NCBI GenBank assembly: GCA_965249575.1
Contig: OZ252244.1
Coordinates: 448,001 to 512,000, forward strand
Origin: Gemmatimonadales bacterium
GTDB taxonomy: Bacteria > Gemmatimonadota > Gemmatimonadetes > Gemmatimonadales > GWC2-71-9
Reading direction: 5' to 3'
Length of the DNA: 64,000 bases
Positions 49,288 through 59,563 of this stretch are shown here, one piece after another (positions within the stretch are counted from its first letter, which is position 1; each line of letters begins with the position of its first letter). The translations under genes and the position numbers were made by a program. The notes under the pieces are model-generated. The model was not told the origin of the DNA. It worked only from the letters and a program-made list of their open reading frames with translations, and did not search any database.

Positions 49288-50219
49288 ATGGCGACCTGGA
49301 AGCCAATAGTCGTTGGCGTAGACGGATCCGACGAGAGCACATGGGCGGCTCTCCTCGGTGCTACCATCGCTGAGAAGGCAAAGACCGACTGCCACCTCGT
49401 CTACGGAACGCACGAGGTATCGGCGATCCCGGTCACGCTGCCTTCTCCCATGGCTCCTGTGGACATCCAAGCCCTCAGCGAGAAGCTGACCGCGGGCGCC
49501 AGAAAGCACCTCGAGGACGCGCTCCGGGGTCACGTAACCGCAGCCGCCCTGGAGACCCTCCAGGTCGGGTCGGCAATCCGGCGTGGGTGCTCAGGAATGC
49601 GGCGCGCGATCTGGATGCGGGCCTGATCGTGCTTGGCGGAAGGCACCACAAGGCGCCCGCGCGGTGGTTCGGGGGCAGCACGGTCCACCACGCCATCCGC
49701 ATCATCGACATCCCGGTTTTGGTGACCACGTCTCCGCAAAAAACCGCCGGGCGGGTGCTTGCGGCCGTCGATCTTTCCTATGCCTCGGCGCCTACACTCG
49801 AAATGGCGGCGCGCATGGCGAAGCTATTCGGTGCGGCGCTCAAGGTCCTTCACGTCGTAGAGCCCCTCCCGTTCTTGCCGGATCCGACGCTCCAGATCGA
49901 CGCCGCGGAGTATGCCCGCGTGACCGAACAGGAATTCAACGGTCTGGCGTCTGGCGTCCTGAAGAAGCAGAAGGCGGAGCGGGAAGTCGTCCAGGGTCGA
50001 GCAACCGACCTCATCGAGCAAGTGGCAGCCGACTGGAAAGCCGACGTGGTGGTGGTCGGGTCGCACGGCAAGGGCTGGGTCGATCGCGTGCTCCTCGGCA
50101 GCGCAACGCAACGGCTACTCAATCACCTGCCGGCCTCTCTGCTCGTGGTGCCCGTCCGGGCCCCGAAAGGCGGAAGCACGACGCTGGCGCTGAGCGGGGA
50201 GTCCACGAAGACGAAATAG
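49288..50219 (+). CDS. Tandem universal stress protein, frameshifted near 49568
   Basis: IVVGVDGS..., FGGSTV, VVVGSHG...LLGS; adding one G restores VGVGNPAWVL. Confidence 0.85.
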
Positions 50220-50368
50220 CAGAAATCCCTCCAGAGTGCATGCACACGCCGAGGTGATCTCGGTGGCATTCGTCCCGGCCCCCATATATCTTGCGCCCTC
50301 AGCCGTCGGCCGTTGGCTCGCTCGCAACGGCACCCGCCGGGTCGAACTCGCCGGGCTGCGGCGTTTCT

Positions 50369-50458
50369 GGAGAGGTGGCCGAGTGGCTGAAGGCGGCGGT
50401 TTGCTAAACCGTTATAGGGTCAAAAGCCCTATCGAGGGTTCGAATCCCTCCCTCTCCG
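50369..50458 (+). tRNA. tRNA-Ser(GCT)
   Basis: Acceptor stem GGAGAGG/CCTCTCC, anticodon loop TTGCTAA, long variable arm, GGTTCGAATCC. Confidence 0.96.
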
Positions 50459-50578
50459 TTAGTTGTTCCTCCGTCGTCCGTTTCCAGCATCTCGACCGCG
50501 ACCATCGATCTAGCACCCGGGCTTTCGCCTCGGGGGCGCGCCGTTGCGCGGTTGGAGTCGCCGGTCTATCGTCCGCGC

Positions 50579-51937
50579 ATGAGCTCGGCAAACCGCACCC
50601 GCGTCCGCTTCGCACCCTCACCGACGGGATACCTGCACGTCGGCGGCGCGCGCACCGCGCTGTTCAACTGGCTCTATGCGCGGAAAACGGGCGGCTCATT
50701 TCTGCTGCGGATCGAAGACACCGACCGGCAACGGTCTTCGGAGGAGCACACACGCATCATTCTCGACGGGCTGAGGTGGCTCGGGCTGGATTGGGACGAG
50801 GAGGTCGCGTTCCAGGGTGCACGCCTCGCACGTCACCAGGAAGCCGCCGACCGGCTCCTGTCTACCGACCATGCCTATAGCGATGACGGGGCGATTCGGT
50901 TTCGGGTACCGGCGGAGGAGCTAGCATGGGACGACGCCATCCACGGCCGGATTGCCTTCCACGGGAGTGACATCAGTGACTTGATCATCCTGCGCTCGGA
51001 CCGGACTCCTACATACAATTTCTCGGTCGTAGTGGACGACGTCGACATGGACGTGACACACGTGATCCGCGGCGACGATCACATCTCAAACACCCCGAAA
51101 CAGATCGCGATCTATCGGGCACTCGAGCAGGACCTTCCGACGTTCGGCCACGTCCCCATGATCCACGGCATGGACGGCAAGAAGTTGTCCAAGCGTCACG
51201 GCGCGACCGCTGTCGGGGACTATCAGAAGCTCGGGATTCTGCCGGACGCCCTACGCAATTTCCTGGCACTCCTGGGGTGGAGCCCCGGAAACGATCGCGA
51301 GCTGTTCGTCGACGCACTGGAGCTCATTAACGCGTTCGACCTGGACGGAGTCCAAAAGAAGAGCGCGATCTTCGACCACCGGAAGCTGGAGTGGATGAAC
51401 GGCCAGTACATCTCGCAGACTCCACCGGATGAGCTCCTACCGCTCGTGCAGGCCGTCTTCGAAGACCGTGAGCTGGACGAGTGGTCCGCCGAACACGCCG
51501 ACCGGGTACGGGAATGCATCGGCGTGCTGCGGAATCGCGCGCGCACGACTCTGGAGTTGGCGGATAGGATTCTCGTGCGCCTGAAAGACGCGCCCGCGGA
51601 GCCAGAGCCGAAGGCCGTGAAGTTCATCCACAAAGCGGGCGGCGATTTCGAGAAGGCTCGCCTGGCGGTTATCGAGCTGCTGAGGGGGCTCGAGGCCCAG
51701 AGCGTCACGCCCGACTCGCTGGACTCGGCTCTATCGGCGCTTGCGGAGTCGGTCGGCCTGTCCCGGTCTGCCGTTTACCAAACGGTGCGGATCGCGCTCA
51801 CCGGCGGCACGGTATCGGAGCCGGTGACCGATCTCGTGCCCCTCGTGGGAAGAGAAGAGTCGATTCGGCGGTTGGAGCGGTCGGGGAGTTGGGTCGAGGG
51901 GGTCGGCGAATCGAAGAATCGAGAGCCCGGGAACTAG
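50579..51937 (+). CDS. gltX: Glutamyl-tRNA synthetase
   Basis: RFAPSPTGYLHVGG, LRIEDTD, HVIRGDDH, KKLSKRHG. Confidence 0.97.
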   Translation: MSSANRTRVRFAPSPTGYLHVGGARTALFNWLYARKTGGSFLLRIEDTDRQRSSEEHTRIILDGLRWLGLDWDEEVAFQGARLARHQEAADRLLSTDHAYSDDGAIRFRVPAEELAWDDAIHGRIAFHGSDISDLIILRSDRTPTYNFSVVVDDVDMDVTHVIRGDDHISNTPKQIAIYRALEQDLPTFGHVPMIHGMDGKKLSKRHGATAVGDYQKLGILPDALRNFLALLGWSPGNDRELFVDALELINAFDLDGVQKKSAIFDHRKLEWMNGQYISQTPPDELLPLVQAVFEDRELDEWSAEHADRVRECIGVLRNRARTTLELADRILVRLKDAPAEPEPKAVKFIHKAGGDFEKARLAVIELLRGLEAQSVTPDSLDSALSALAESVGLSRSAVYQTVRIALTGGTVSEPVTDLVPLVGREESIRRLERSGSWVEGVGESKNREPGN

Positions 51938-52827
51938 GGTAAGAGCGTGTCCCGAGGGGCTGGGAGCGGCGCGTCCCGCTTCTCCTCGCGCTCCTCGTCC
52001 TTCCGCTGACGGAGCTCCCCCACATAGCGCTTGAAATCGGCGGCGTTCCGAGCCCGCCGAGCAGCCTGCACGATGTCTGCGCGGATCTGTTGGAGCCGCT
52101 CGGCTTGCAGTGCCTGGTCGTAGTTACCCGACGGCATTGGGAGGAGCGCCAGGATTGCCGACGGGATCTTGATGTCTCCCAGATAGATCCACTGCCCGTC
52201 GAACCCCCAGGGTTTGCCGTTGATATCCTTGGTCCATTTCGGCGGTCTACCCACGGCGAAGGAGTCCGGCGGCATGGTATCGATGAACGCGAGGATCCGC
52301 TCCGCCATCGCGCTGTCGATGCGCGCAGCGTGCACGGCGGGATCGAACGGCTCCGCCTCTCGATAGGGGACATCGGCAGGCGGCACCCACAGGAAGCCGT
52401 TCCCGTACGCCGGCCCTAGCCGTCGGTGCGTCCCGACGGCCAGCTCGACGTCTTCACCCTCCCCCCCTCCCACCGGTCCGAGCACAAGCCCCACGCTGGT
52501 GGTATCGATTCCGGTCGGTGTTTCGGCCGGTGGGGCGGAGGGCGGTGGCGGCGCTTCAGCCAGAACGGGCCGCTCGGGTGGTGTAGGCGACGGCGCTTCG
52601 ACCGGACCTCTCGGCCCGCTCCCGGTGCCCGGCGGCCCGGTGAAGAGCGGAGCCGGCAGTTCCGGCACGCCGCCGCTCGGCTCGAGTATCACGGTCACCA
52701 CCCGCGGGCGGTGCGGGGGACTCTGGAGCGTCAGGAGCAGCGCGATGAATACCGCGTGCGCGACCACGCTGGCCGCGAACCATGGCTGCCATCTCACACG
52801 GGCGCGCGGAAGGAAGAATCTATGCAC
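51934..52827 (-). CDS. Hypothetical Pro-rich membrane-anchored protein
   Basis: SVVAH transmembrane anchor (TonB-like), Pro-rich linker. Confidence 0.65.
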   Translation of the reverse strand: MHRFFLPRARVRWQPWFAASVVAHAVFIALLLTLQSPPHRPRVVTVILEPSGGVPELPAPLFTGPPGTGSGPRGPVEAPSPTPPERPVLAEAPPPPSAPPAETPTGIDTTSVGLVLGPVGGGEGEDVELAVGTHRRLGPAYGNGFLWVPPADVPYREAEPFDPAVHAARIDSAMAERILAFIDTMPPDSFAVGRPPKWTKDINGKPWGFDGQWIYLGDIKIPSAILALLPMPSGNYDQALQAERLQQIRADIVQAARRARNAADFKRYVGELRQRKDEEREEKRDAPLPAPRDTLLP

Positions 52828-54010
52828 GGACCGCGCTGCTCCCACTGAGCACGCCCGACCACTCGATACGATGAGCGGCCTCGCGTAACCGTTCCGGCTC
52901 GACCGTGAGTGACAGTCGTAAATATCCGTCCCCGGCGGTCCCGAAGGCCGACCCCGGCATGAGCATGAGTGCTTGGTCCTCAAGCAGCCGCCGCGTCACG
53001 CCAGCGGAAGACACCCCCTCGGGCAACGGAACCCACATATACAAGGTCGCTTTGGGCGGCTCGATCGTCAGACCGAGATCCCGCAGCAAGGCAACCGCGA
53101 CGTCTCGCCGCTCGACGAGCGCGTCCCGAATGGGCGCACTCGCGGCCTCGGCATCATCTAGCACCGCGGCGCCCGCAGCCTGGAGTGCCAGAAACGAACC
53201 CGTATCCACGAAGGTCTTGACTCGGGTGAGCCGGGCAATGAGATCGGCGTTGCCCACCGCCCACCCGAGACGCCATCCAGCCATGGCGAAGCTCTTCGAG
53301 AACGAGTGAAACTCGACGGCGACGTCGCGAGCTCCGGGGATCTCGAGAATACTGGGGGCGCGATAGCCGTCGAAGGTGATGTCGCAGTAGGGATTGTCGT
53401 ACGCGAGCGCGATCCCGTGCCGCCCACACAGCTCCACCAATCGCTCGAGATATCCTCGCGGCGCAATGGCGGTGGTGGGATTGTTGGGATAGTTCACGTA
53501 GGCCAACCGGACACGGGACAGGTCCCGAGCGGGCAGGCTGTCGAGTTGAAGTAAGAAGTCTGCGTCGGCTGTGAGCGGGAGCGTCAAGGCCTGAGCATCG
53601 GTGAGCACGACGCCGCCCGCGTAGGCGGGATAGCCGGGATCGGGCAGCACGCACGCGTCGCCCGAATCGAGCACGGCGTGAGCCATGTTCGCCAACCCCT
53701 CCTTCGATCCGAGCAGCGGAAGCACTTCCGTTTGCGGGTCGACCCGCACCGTGAACCGCCGGGACATGTAGCGGGCTATCGCTTCGCGGAACTCCCCGAG
53801 ACCCGACTGAAATCCGTAGCGACTCATGTCAGGATCGGTGATCGCATCGCGGAGCGTTCGTACGGCGATCTCGGGAGGTGAAAAGGCGAGATCTCCCATC
53901 CCGAGGTCGATCACGTCCGCTCCGCGCTGCACCAACCGCCGCTTGGCCAACACCAGCTCCGCGGCGGTGTAATGCGGCAGTCGGTCTACCCGCTTGTTTC
54001 CGGCGAGCAC
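52820..54010 (-). CDS. Class I/II aminotransferase (LL-DAP aminotransferase-like)
   Basis: GSKEGL, PDPGYPAY, NYPNNPT, SFSKSFAMAGWRLG. Confidence 0.92.
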   Translation of the reverse strand: MLAGNKRVDRLPHYTAAELVLAKRRLVQRGADVIDLGMGDLAFSPPEIAVRTLRDAITDPDMSRYGFQSGLGEFREAIARYMSRRFTVRVDPQTEVLPLLGSKEGLANMAHAVLDSGDACVLPDPGYPAYAGGVVLTDAQALTLPLTADADFLLQLDSLPARDLSRVRLAYVNYPNNPTTAIAPRGYLERLVELCGRHGIALAYDNPYCDITFDGYRAPSILEIPGARDVAVEFHSFSKSFAMAGWRLGWAVGNADLIARLTRVKTFVDTGSFLALQAAGAAVLDDAEAASAPIRDALVERRDVAVALLRDLGLTIEPPKATLYMWVPLPEGVSSAGVTRRLLEDQALMLMPGSAFGTAGDGYLRLSLTVEPERLREAAHRIEWSGVLSGSSAVRA

Positions 54011-56517
54011 GCCATCACTCCCCTCGCGTGTCGGGCGAAGAAATCCTGCACTGCGCCCCGGACCTCCGCCCACGTTCCAACGATGGTGTCCGCCGGCGGT
54101 AGCGAAGCCGTCAGCGTTCGCCCGTAGCCCCGGGTGACGATCCGGTGATCCATCACGATGACGACGCCTACATCGGAGCTCGAACGGATCAGGCGGCCAA
54201 AGCCCTGTTTGAGCTTGAGCGCCGCGTGAGGGAGCAGGTAGTTCATGAACCCATCCATCCCCTGCTCTTCGACCCGCTCGAGACGAGCCGCCGTGAGAGG
54301 CTCGGTCGGGACCTTGAACGGCAGCTTCGCGATCACCAGCGACCGCAGTGAGGCCCCTGGAACATCAACACCCTCCCAAAAGCTATCTGTTCCCAACAGC
54401 ACTGCGGAACCCGAGTCCCGGAACCTGCGGAGCAGCTGGTACCGCTGCCCCTCGCCCTGTACCAGCAAGGGCCAGCGGCTCCCGACATCGGCTCGGACCG
54501 CGGCCGCCACTCGCCGGAGCGCGGCGTGACTGGTGAACAACACGAACAGCCCGCCATCGGACGCGCGAGCGACGTCGGAAACAGCCGCTGCCAGCGCCGC
54601 CTCGTGTCCCGCTTCATCACGGCGCGGCTCTGGCAGATCCGTGGGGATCCCCAGGAGGCACTGCTTCGGATAGTCGAACGGTGACGGGAGGATGTACTCG
54701 TACTTCACCCGGCCCACCGGCTCGGCGAGGCCAACGCGCTCTTTCAAAAACCGGAAGTCACCTCCCGCCGCCAGCGTCGCGCTGGTGAGCACGACGGTGT
54801 CGATGCGGTCGAATAGTGACTCCCTGAGAATCGGAGCGAGGTCCAGCGGGACGGCGGCGAGCGCGATTGGGAACGGCAGCGCACCGGCCGGTCGCGATCC
54901 GCGCCGCTCGATCCATCGGACGGTCGCCGCGGGCTGCTCCGGCCTGAGCGCTAGCAACACGGAATCGGCGGCGGTATGGAGACGTCGAACGACGCCCCGA
55001 AGCTCCTGAATGAGCTGTGACGCCCGCTCGGATCCCTCCTCCTGCTCGAGCCGGTCGGCAACGGTTTCGACGCCATCCCCGATGCGCCGGAAGACGGCGA
55101 CCATGTTGTCGAGCGCTTCACCAAGACCCGCCCCCCAGACCGGGTCCGCGGCAAAGGCGTTCGTGAGCCTCAACACGGTCTCCCCGACTGACTGCAGCCG
55201 GTCGGCGAGCACGCCAAACACCCGGTCCGAGTGGGCGCGCGCGTCGGCGATGGCGGGCATGAGCGCCAGCCGGATGAGGTCCAGCGACGCCTGGCTCAGG
55301 AGCTCGTCGCGCTGCGCGAGGTCGCGCAGGAGTGTTGGCAGGAGCCCCTTGCCATTGCGCTCGAGCCGGGACAGCAGTCGCGTGACGCCACGCGACGTGA
55401 CGTGCGCGCCGAGGTGCTGAGCGGCCGTGTCCTCCAGATGATGACCCTCGTCGAGAATGAGGCGACGATACGGCGGGAGCACCGCCGCATCGGTCCAGTT
55501 ATCCTGCGCGCGGCGCACAGAGAGATCGGCTGCAAGCAAATGATGGTTGACGACGATGACATCGGCTTGTGCTGCGCGGCGCCGTGCGCCGAACAGAAAG
55601 CAACGATCGAAGTGGGGACACTTGAGCCGCGTGCAGAGATCGGGCTCGGCACTGATTTCGTCCCAGATCTCGGGCGATGGCTCATCGACCAGGTCCGCGA
55701 GCGACCCATCAGTCGTATGGGAGGCCCACTCCGCGATCTGCTCTATCTCCTCGTGCTTCCCGGGCGCGAGCAGCGAGCCGGCCCCCCCGCGGGCCAGCTC
55801 CAAGCGGGACAGACACACGTAGTTGCGCCACCCCTTGAGTAGGGCATAGGTGAGCTCCTCCCCGTCGCCCGACAGGGCTCGGCGCAGAAGCGGGAGGTCC
55901 TTCCCGATCAGCTGCTCTTGCAGGTTGATCGTGTTGGTGGAAACAACCGTCCGCTCGCCGTTCTCGCGCGCCCAGAGCGCCGCGGCAACGAGGTAGGCGA
56001 ACGACTTCCCGATTCCGGTCCCCGCCTCGAGGAGGGCGACCCCCCCATCGTTGTAGAGGTCCGCCACGTACGACGCCATGTCCCGCTGGCTCGGGCGATC
56101 TTCGAACTGTGTCAGCGTCTTTGCGACTGCTCCCGACGCCCCGAGCATGGCGGCCGTCCCCACCGGGTCGAGCGGTGTGTATTCCGGCGCCCGGGGTACC
56201 TCGACCACGACGTAGAGGCTCGCAGCCGCGTTATCGATGATCCCCAGGCCGAATCCGGCATCGTGCAGCCTCACGCCGATGTCGAGATCGGCGGCGGAGG
56301 GTTCGAGCACCCCGCTCGGATGATTGTGGATCACCATCTCTCCCCGCGCGGCACTCCCGGGGAGGGCGAGCACGCAGTCGGGGGTTCCCCGGGCGACCGC
56401 CCGGACATCGACCACGACTCCCTGTGGGTCGAGCTGTCCGGCGAAGCACACCTCCCGTCCGCCAGCGCCCGCGATCTCTTCGGCCAAGCGGGCTCTCACG
56501 GCGGAGGTCATGCGCAT
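53986..56517 (-). CDS. dinG: DinG family helicase with N-terminal JAB/RadC-like domain
   Basis: HNHPSG..PS..D, EAGTGIGKS, Fe-S cysteines, DEGH, FWEGVDV, QGFGRLIR. Confidence 0.9.
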   Translation of the reverse strand: MRMTSAVRARLAEEIAGAGGREVCFAGQLDPQGVVVDVRAVARGTPDCVLALPGSAARGEMVIHNHPSGVLEPSAADLDIGVRLHDAGFGLGIIDNAAASLYVVVEVPRAPEYTPLDPVGTAAMLGASGAVAKTLTQFEDRPSQRDMASYVADLYNDGGVALLEAGTGIGKSFAYLVAAALWARENGERTVVSTNTINLQEQLIGKDLPLLRRALSGDGEELTYALLKGWRNYVCLSRLELARGGAGSLLAPGKHEEIEQIAEWASHTTDGSLADLVDEPSPEIWDEISAEPDLCTRLKCPHFDRCFLFGARRRAAQADVIVVNHHLLAADLSVRRAQDNWTDAAVLPPYRRLILDEGHHLEDTAAQHLGAHVTSRGVTRLLSRLERNGKGLLPTLLRDLAQRDELLSQASLDLIRLALMPAIADARAHSDRVFGVLADRLQSVGETVLRLTNAFAADPVWGAGLGEALDNMVAVFRRIGDGVETVADRLEQEEGSERASQLIQELRGVVRRLHTAADSVLLALRPEQPAATVRWIERRGSRPAGALPFPIALAAVPLDLAPILRESLFDRIDTVVLTSATLAAGGDFRFLKERVGLAEPVGRVKYEYILPSPFDYPKQCLLGIPTDLPEPRRDEAGHEAALAAAVSDVARASDGGLFVLFTSHAALRRVAAAVRADVGSRWPLLVQGEGQRYQLLRRFRDSGSAVLLGTDSFWEGVDVPGASLRSLVIAKLPFKVPTEPLTAARLERVEEQGMDGFMNYLLPHAALKLKQGFGRLIRSSSDVGVVIVMDHRIVTRGYGRTLTASLPPADTIVGTWAEVRGAVQDFFARHARGVMACSPETSG

Positions 56518-57821
56518 CAGGTCTTGAGTTCGCGTTTCTTCGCGGCTGGAAAGAGAACGTTGTTGAGGATGAGACGATAGCCTGGGGACGTCGGGTGCAG
56601 GGACAGGTCCGTTGGCGGATCTCCAACTTGGTGTTGGGGGTCTTCCGGATCGTGACCGCCGAGGAAGGTCCATGTTCCCTTCCCCGAGGCCCCGTGGATG
56701 TACTTCACCCACGGTGAGCGCCCCTCGCTCGCGAGCTCGATGACGCCGGGCTTGAGCCGGTTCCGATTGAACGACGTTGTCAGTCCGTAGAAATCGGGAA
56801 CGACTTGCCGGTGACTCTGCACGAGCATGGCCGGCACCGGATCGATCTTGGCGCTGAAGCTGAACAGCTTGAAGGCGCCGAGTGGCTGGCGGAGCGGTGG
56901 GTTATTGACTTGGTGCCCGTCGATGTCCGAGAAGCTCGCCGTTGAGGGTGACGTGTCGAGCCGCGCCCCGTGAAAAGCCAGCGACCGGTCCCACTGCATC
57001 TTCTCGGCCGCGGCGGGATCCATTGGGGTTCCATCGGCATAGTTCGCCGCGATATCGACGTCCTGACCCGCGAGCGCCAACTCGAGTGTCTCCGTAGCCG
57101 CGCACATACCGAACAAGAACCCGCCGTTCGTCACGTAGTCACGGATTCCCCGGGCCACCGCCTTCTTGAGATCCGGCACGTTGCCGAACCCGAGCCTCCT
57201 CGCCATCTCCGAGTGCAGCTGGACCATCGACGTCAGCCACGGCGAGCCGCTATACGTCAGAAAGAACTTCGAGTATTGGCCGGTGAAATCCTCGTGGTGG
57301 AGGTGGAGCCACTCGTAGTCCTTGAGCCCCCCACCGATCACTTCGGCATCCCAAATGGAGTCGTATTCGATACCCGCGAATTGCAGCGCCATGCGAACGG
57401 CATCGTCCCAGGGCGTGGTCCCCGGCGGGACGTAGACCGCGATCTTCGGCGCCTTCTCGAGCGGGATCGCCTCCATGTTGCGGGATTGGATCATGCCACG
57501 GACGTCGAGCACCTGGGAATCGGATCGCACCTCGGCTACGACACCCGAGAGCGCTGCGTCCCGTTGGGTGGCCGGGTCTTGCTCGATGAGGAAGGATCCA
57601 CTGCGATAGTTGAGCAACCACTCGGCGCGACCGCCGCGCTGCAACATGCGGTAGATGACCCCGTAGGCCTTCAGATGCTCTGGCTGACGGTCATCCATGG
57701 GGATCAGCAGCCATCCCGCCCTGCTCACCCGACCGGCGTCGCCCGCGGCCGCAAGCGCGGGGCCGGATCCCATCGCCAATACGCCGGCTCCCACGTGTGA
57801 CAGGAAATCGCGACGCTTCAT
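56517..57821 (-). CDS. Tat-exported conserved protein (family often labelled 'asparagine synthetase B')
   Basis: MKRRDFL Tat motif, HLKAYG, WLHLHHEDFTGQ, GGHDPED, GYRLILNNVLFPAA. Confidence 0.8.
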   Translation of the reverse strand: MKRRDFLSHVGAGVLAMGSGPALAAAGDAGRVSRAGWLLIPMDDRQPEHLKAYGVIYRMLQRGGRAEWLLNYRSGSFLIEQDPATQRDAALSGVVAEVRSDSQVLDVRGMIQSRNMEAIPLEKAPKIAVYVPPGTTPWDDAVRMALQFAGIEYDSIWDAEVIGGGLKDYEWLHLHHEDFTGQYSKFFLTYSGSPWLTSMVQLHSEMARRLGFGNVPDLKKAVARGIRDYVTNGGFLFGMCAATETLELALAGQDVDIAANYADGTPMDPAAAEKMQWDRSLAFHGARLDTSPSTASFSDIDGHQVNNPPLRQPLGAFKLFSFSAKIDPVPAMLVQSHRQVVPDFYGLTTSFNRNRLKPGVIELASEGRSPWVKYIHGASGKGTWTFLGGHDPEDPQHQVGDPPTDLSLHPTSPGYRLILNNVLFPAAKKRELKT

Positions 57822-59563
57822 CACAGCCTGGGGATGTTCCCCCGGACCTGGTCGAGCAGCCGCCGCGCATGCGGGACCATGGCGCTGCTGGGATAGGTCA
57901 GAATCAAGTGCTCGAGGTGCTGGATCGACTCGTCGGTCTGGCCGGTAGCGTGGTAGGATTCCGCAAGCGCGAACTCCGCCGGCGGAGCGGCGGGGCCGTT
58001 CGGCTCGGCCTGAAGGGCGGCGAGCAGCAGCGGTTGGGCGAAGTCGTGCAGATCGAGCGTCAACGCGATCCGCGCCGTGTAGGTCAGGACATCCGCTCGA
58101 CCCCCCTCGGCGGGTAACGAATCGCCGGCGGTGGCGAGCTCTCGCAGGGCGGCGTTCGTGTCGCCGCGGGCAAGCGTATAGAACGCCCGTCCGAGATCGG
58201 GAACCGAGTCGGGCTCGATCTGTTGAATCAGGGCTGCGACCTCCGTGCGCTCGGTCGCCTCTTCCAGCGTGCCCGCGTGCGGACCGGCCGCTCTGAAATC
58301 TTTGGTGGCTGTCCGGAGGTCCCCGATGAACAGGGACATCCACCCGCGCAGTGCCAGCACGCCGATCGCCGAATCGTCGGCGACGATGGTCTTCGCGCTG
58401 AGCCCGTCGCCTTGAATGAGCCACGCCCAGGCGATCTTGATGCGCAGAGCTTGGGCTTCCTCCCCGCTCATTCGTCCGGCCCATTGGCGATACTGACCCG
58501 CCGCCTCCTCGACCCGCCCCTCCTCCGCGAGAACGCCGATCAACGCGGCCATCGCGTCGGACGCGGAGTTCGGCGAGGCAATCGAGTCGGCCGCGACCCG
58601 CTCCAGCATGCGCTGCGCTGCCTGCCGCTCTCCCGCGTCCGCGAACGCGCGCGCCGCATCGATACGCGCTCGTTCGGCGGCGACCCCACGCGCGAGACCC
58701 GCGATGCGCTCGAGCGCATAGCCGCGAGCTCTCGACGACTCGGGTGACCGCGCGAGACCGGCCTGTTCGGCAAACCGCTGCAACACCGAGATGGCACTGC
58801 CGCGGTCCTCTGGCAGCGACGCGTCGAGGAGCGCCCACGCCTCGCCCGGTCGTCCCCAAGCGAGCATCAGATCGGCGGCCATACGCCTCGCGGTCGCGTC
58901 GCCGATCGACCGTTGCAATTGGTTGAGGACGTTCTTGCGCTTGCGCTCCGGTGTCCGCGCCAGACTGGTCGACGCACCGTCGGCCAGCGCGTCGTTGGCC
59001 GCCACCGCCACGTGCCATTGGCGGGCTGCCTGCACGAACTCCCCGCTCAGCGCGGAGAGCTCCGCCACGTCCTGCGCCAGCGCGGCACCACCAACACGAC
59101 GACCGCCCTCGAGCAGCACTCCGCGCGCCTCCGAGAAACTGCCCCGCTGTGCCAACCCAAAGGCCCATTCGCGATAGGGCTCGGGGCTCGCGGGCGCGAC
59201 AGCCATCCAGCGTCGCGCCGCCGCCTCGCTGCTGTCGGGTTGATCGAGGGTTGCCCAGATTCGCACTTCGAGGGCCCTGACGAAGGGGTTGTTGGGACTG
59301 CTGGCGAGTGCCGCGGCAATCTGCGGTGCGATGGACTCGAGACCCCCGGAGGCGTCGAGCACACGCTCCAATCCGAGCAGCGCCGAAATATTGGTGGGTT
59401 GGGACTCGAGCGCCTGGCGATACCGCTCCGCCGCTTCTTCGTACCGCTCTTCCCGCTCGAAATCGAGCGCCTCGCTCAAGTCCGAGGACACCGTCTGCGC
59501 CGGCGACGTCGCCGGCAGCAAGGCCAGGAGCAACCACCCGATCGCGGTTCTAACGCGCGTCAT
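57821..59563 (-). CDS. Exported TPR protein
   Basis: Signal peptide and helical repeats; ends LILTYPSS. Confidence 0.8.
   Translation of the reverse strand: MTRVRTAIGWLLLALLPATSPAQTVSSDLSEALDFEREERYEEAAERYRQALESQPTNISALLGLERVLDASGGLESIAPQIAAALASSPNNPFVRALEVRIWATLDQPDSSEAAARRWMAVAPASPEPYREWAFGLAQRGSFSEARGVLLEGGRRVGGAALAQDVAELSALSGEFVQAARQWHVAVAANDALADGASTSLARTPERKRKNVLNQLQRSIGDATARRMAADLMLAWGRPGEAWALLDASLPEDRGSAISVLQRFAEQAGLARSPESSRARGYALERIAGLARGVAAERARIDAARAFADAGERQAAQRMLERVAADSIASPNSASDAMAALIGVLAEEGRVEEAAGQYRQWAGRMSGEEAQALRIKIAWAWLIQGDGLSAKTIVADDSAIGVLALRGWMSLFIGDLRTATKDFRAAGPHAGTLEEATERTEVAALIQQIEPDSVPDLGRAFYTLARGDTNAALRELATAGDSLPAEGGRADVLTYTARIALTLDLHDFAQPLLLAALQAEPNGPAAPPAEFALAESYHATGQTDESIQHLEHLILTYPSSAMVPHARRLLDQVRGNIPRL

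Noticed and set aside
56517..59537. 1006-aa ORF
   Set aside because: The real gene starts at MKRRDFL (57821); the extension is an alternative frame of the TPR gene.
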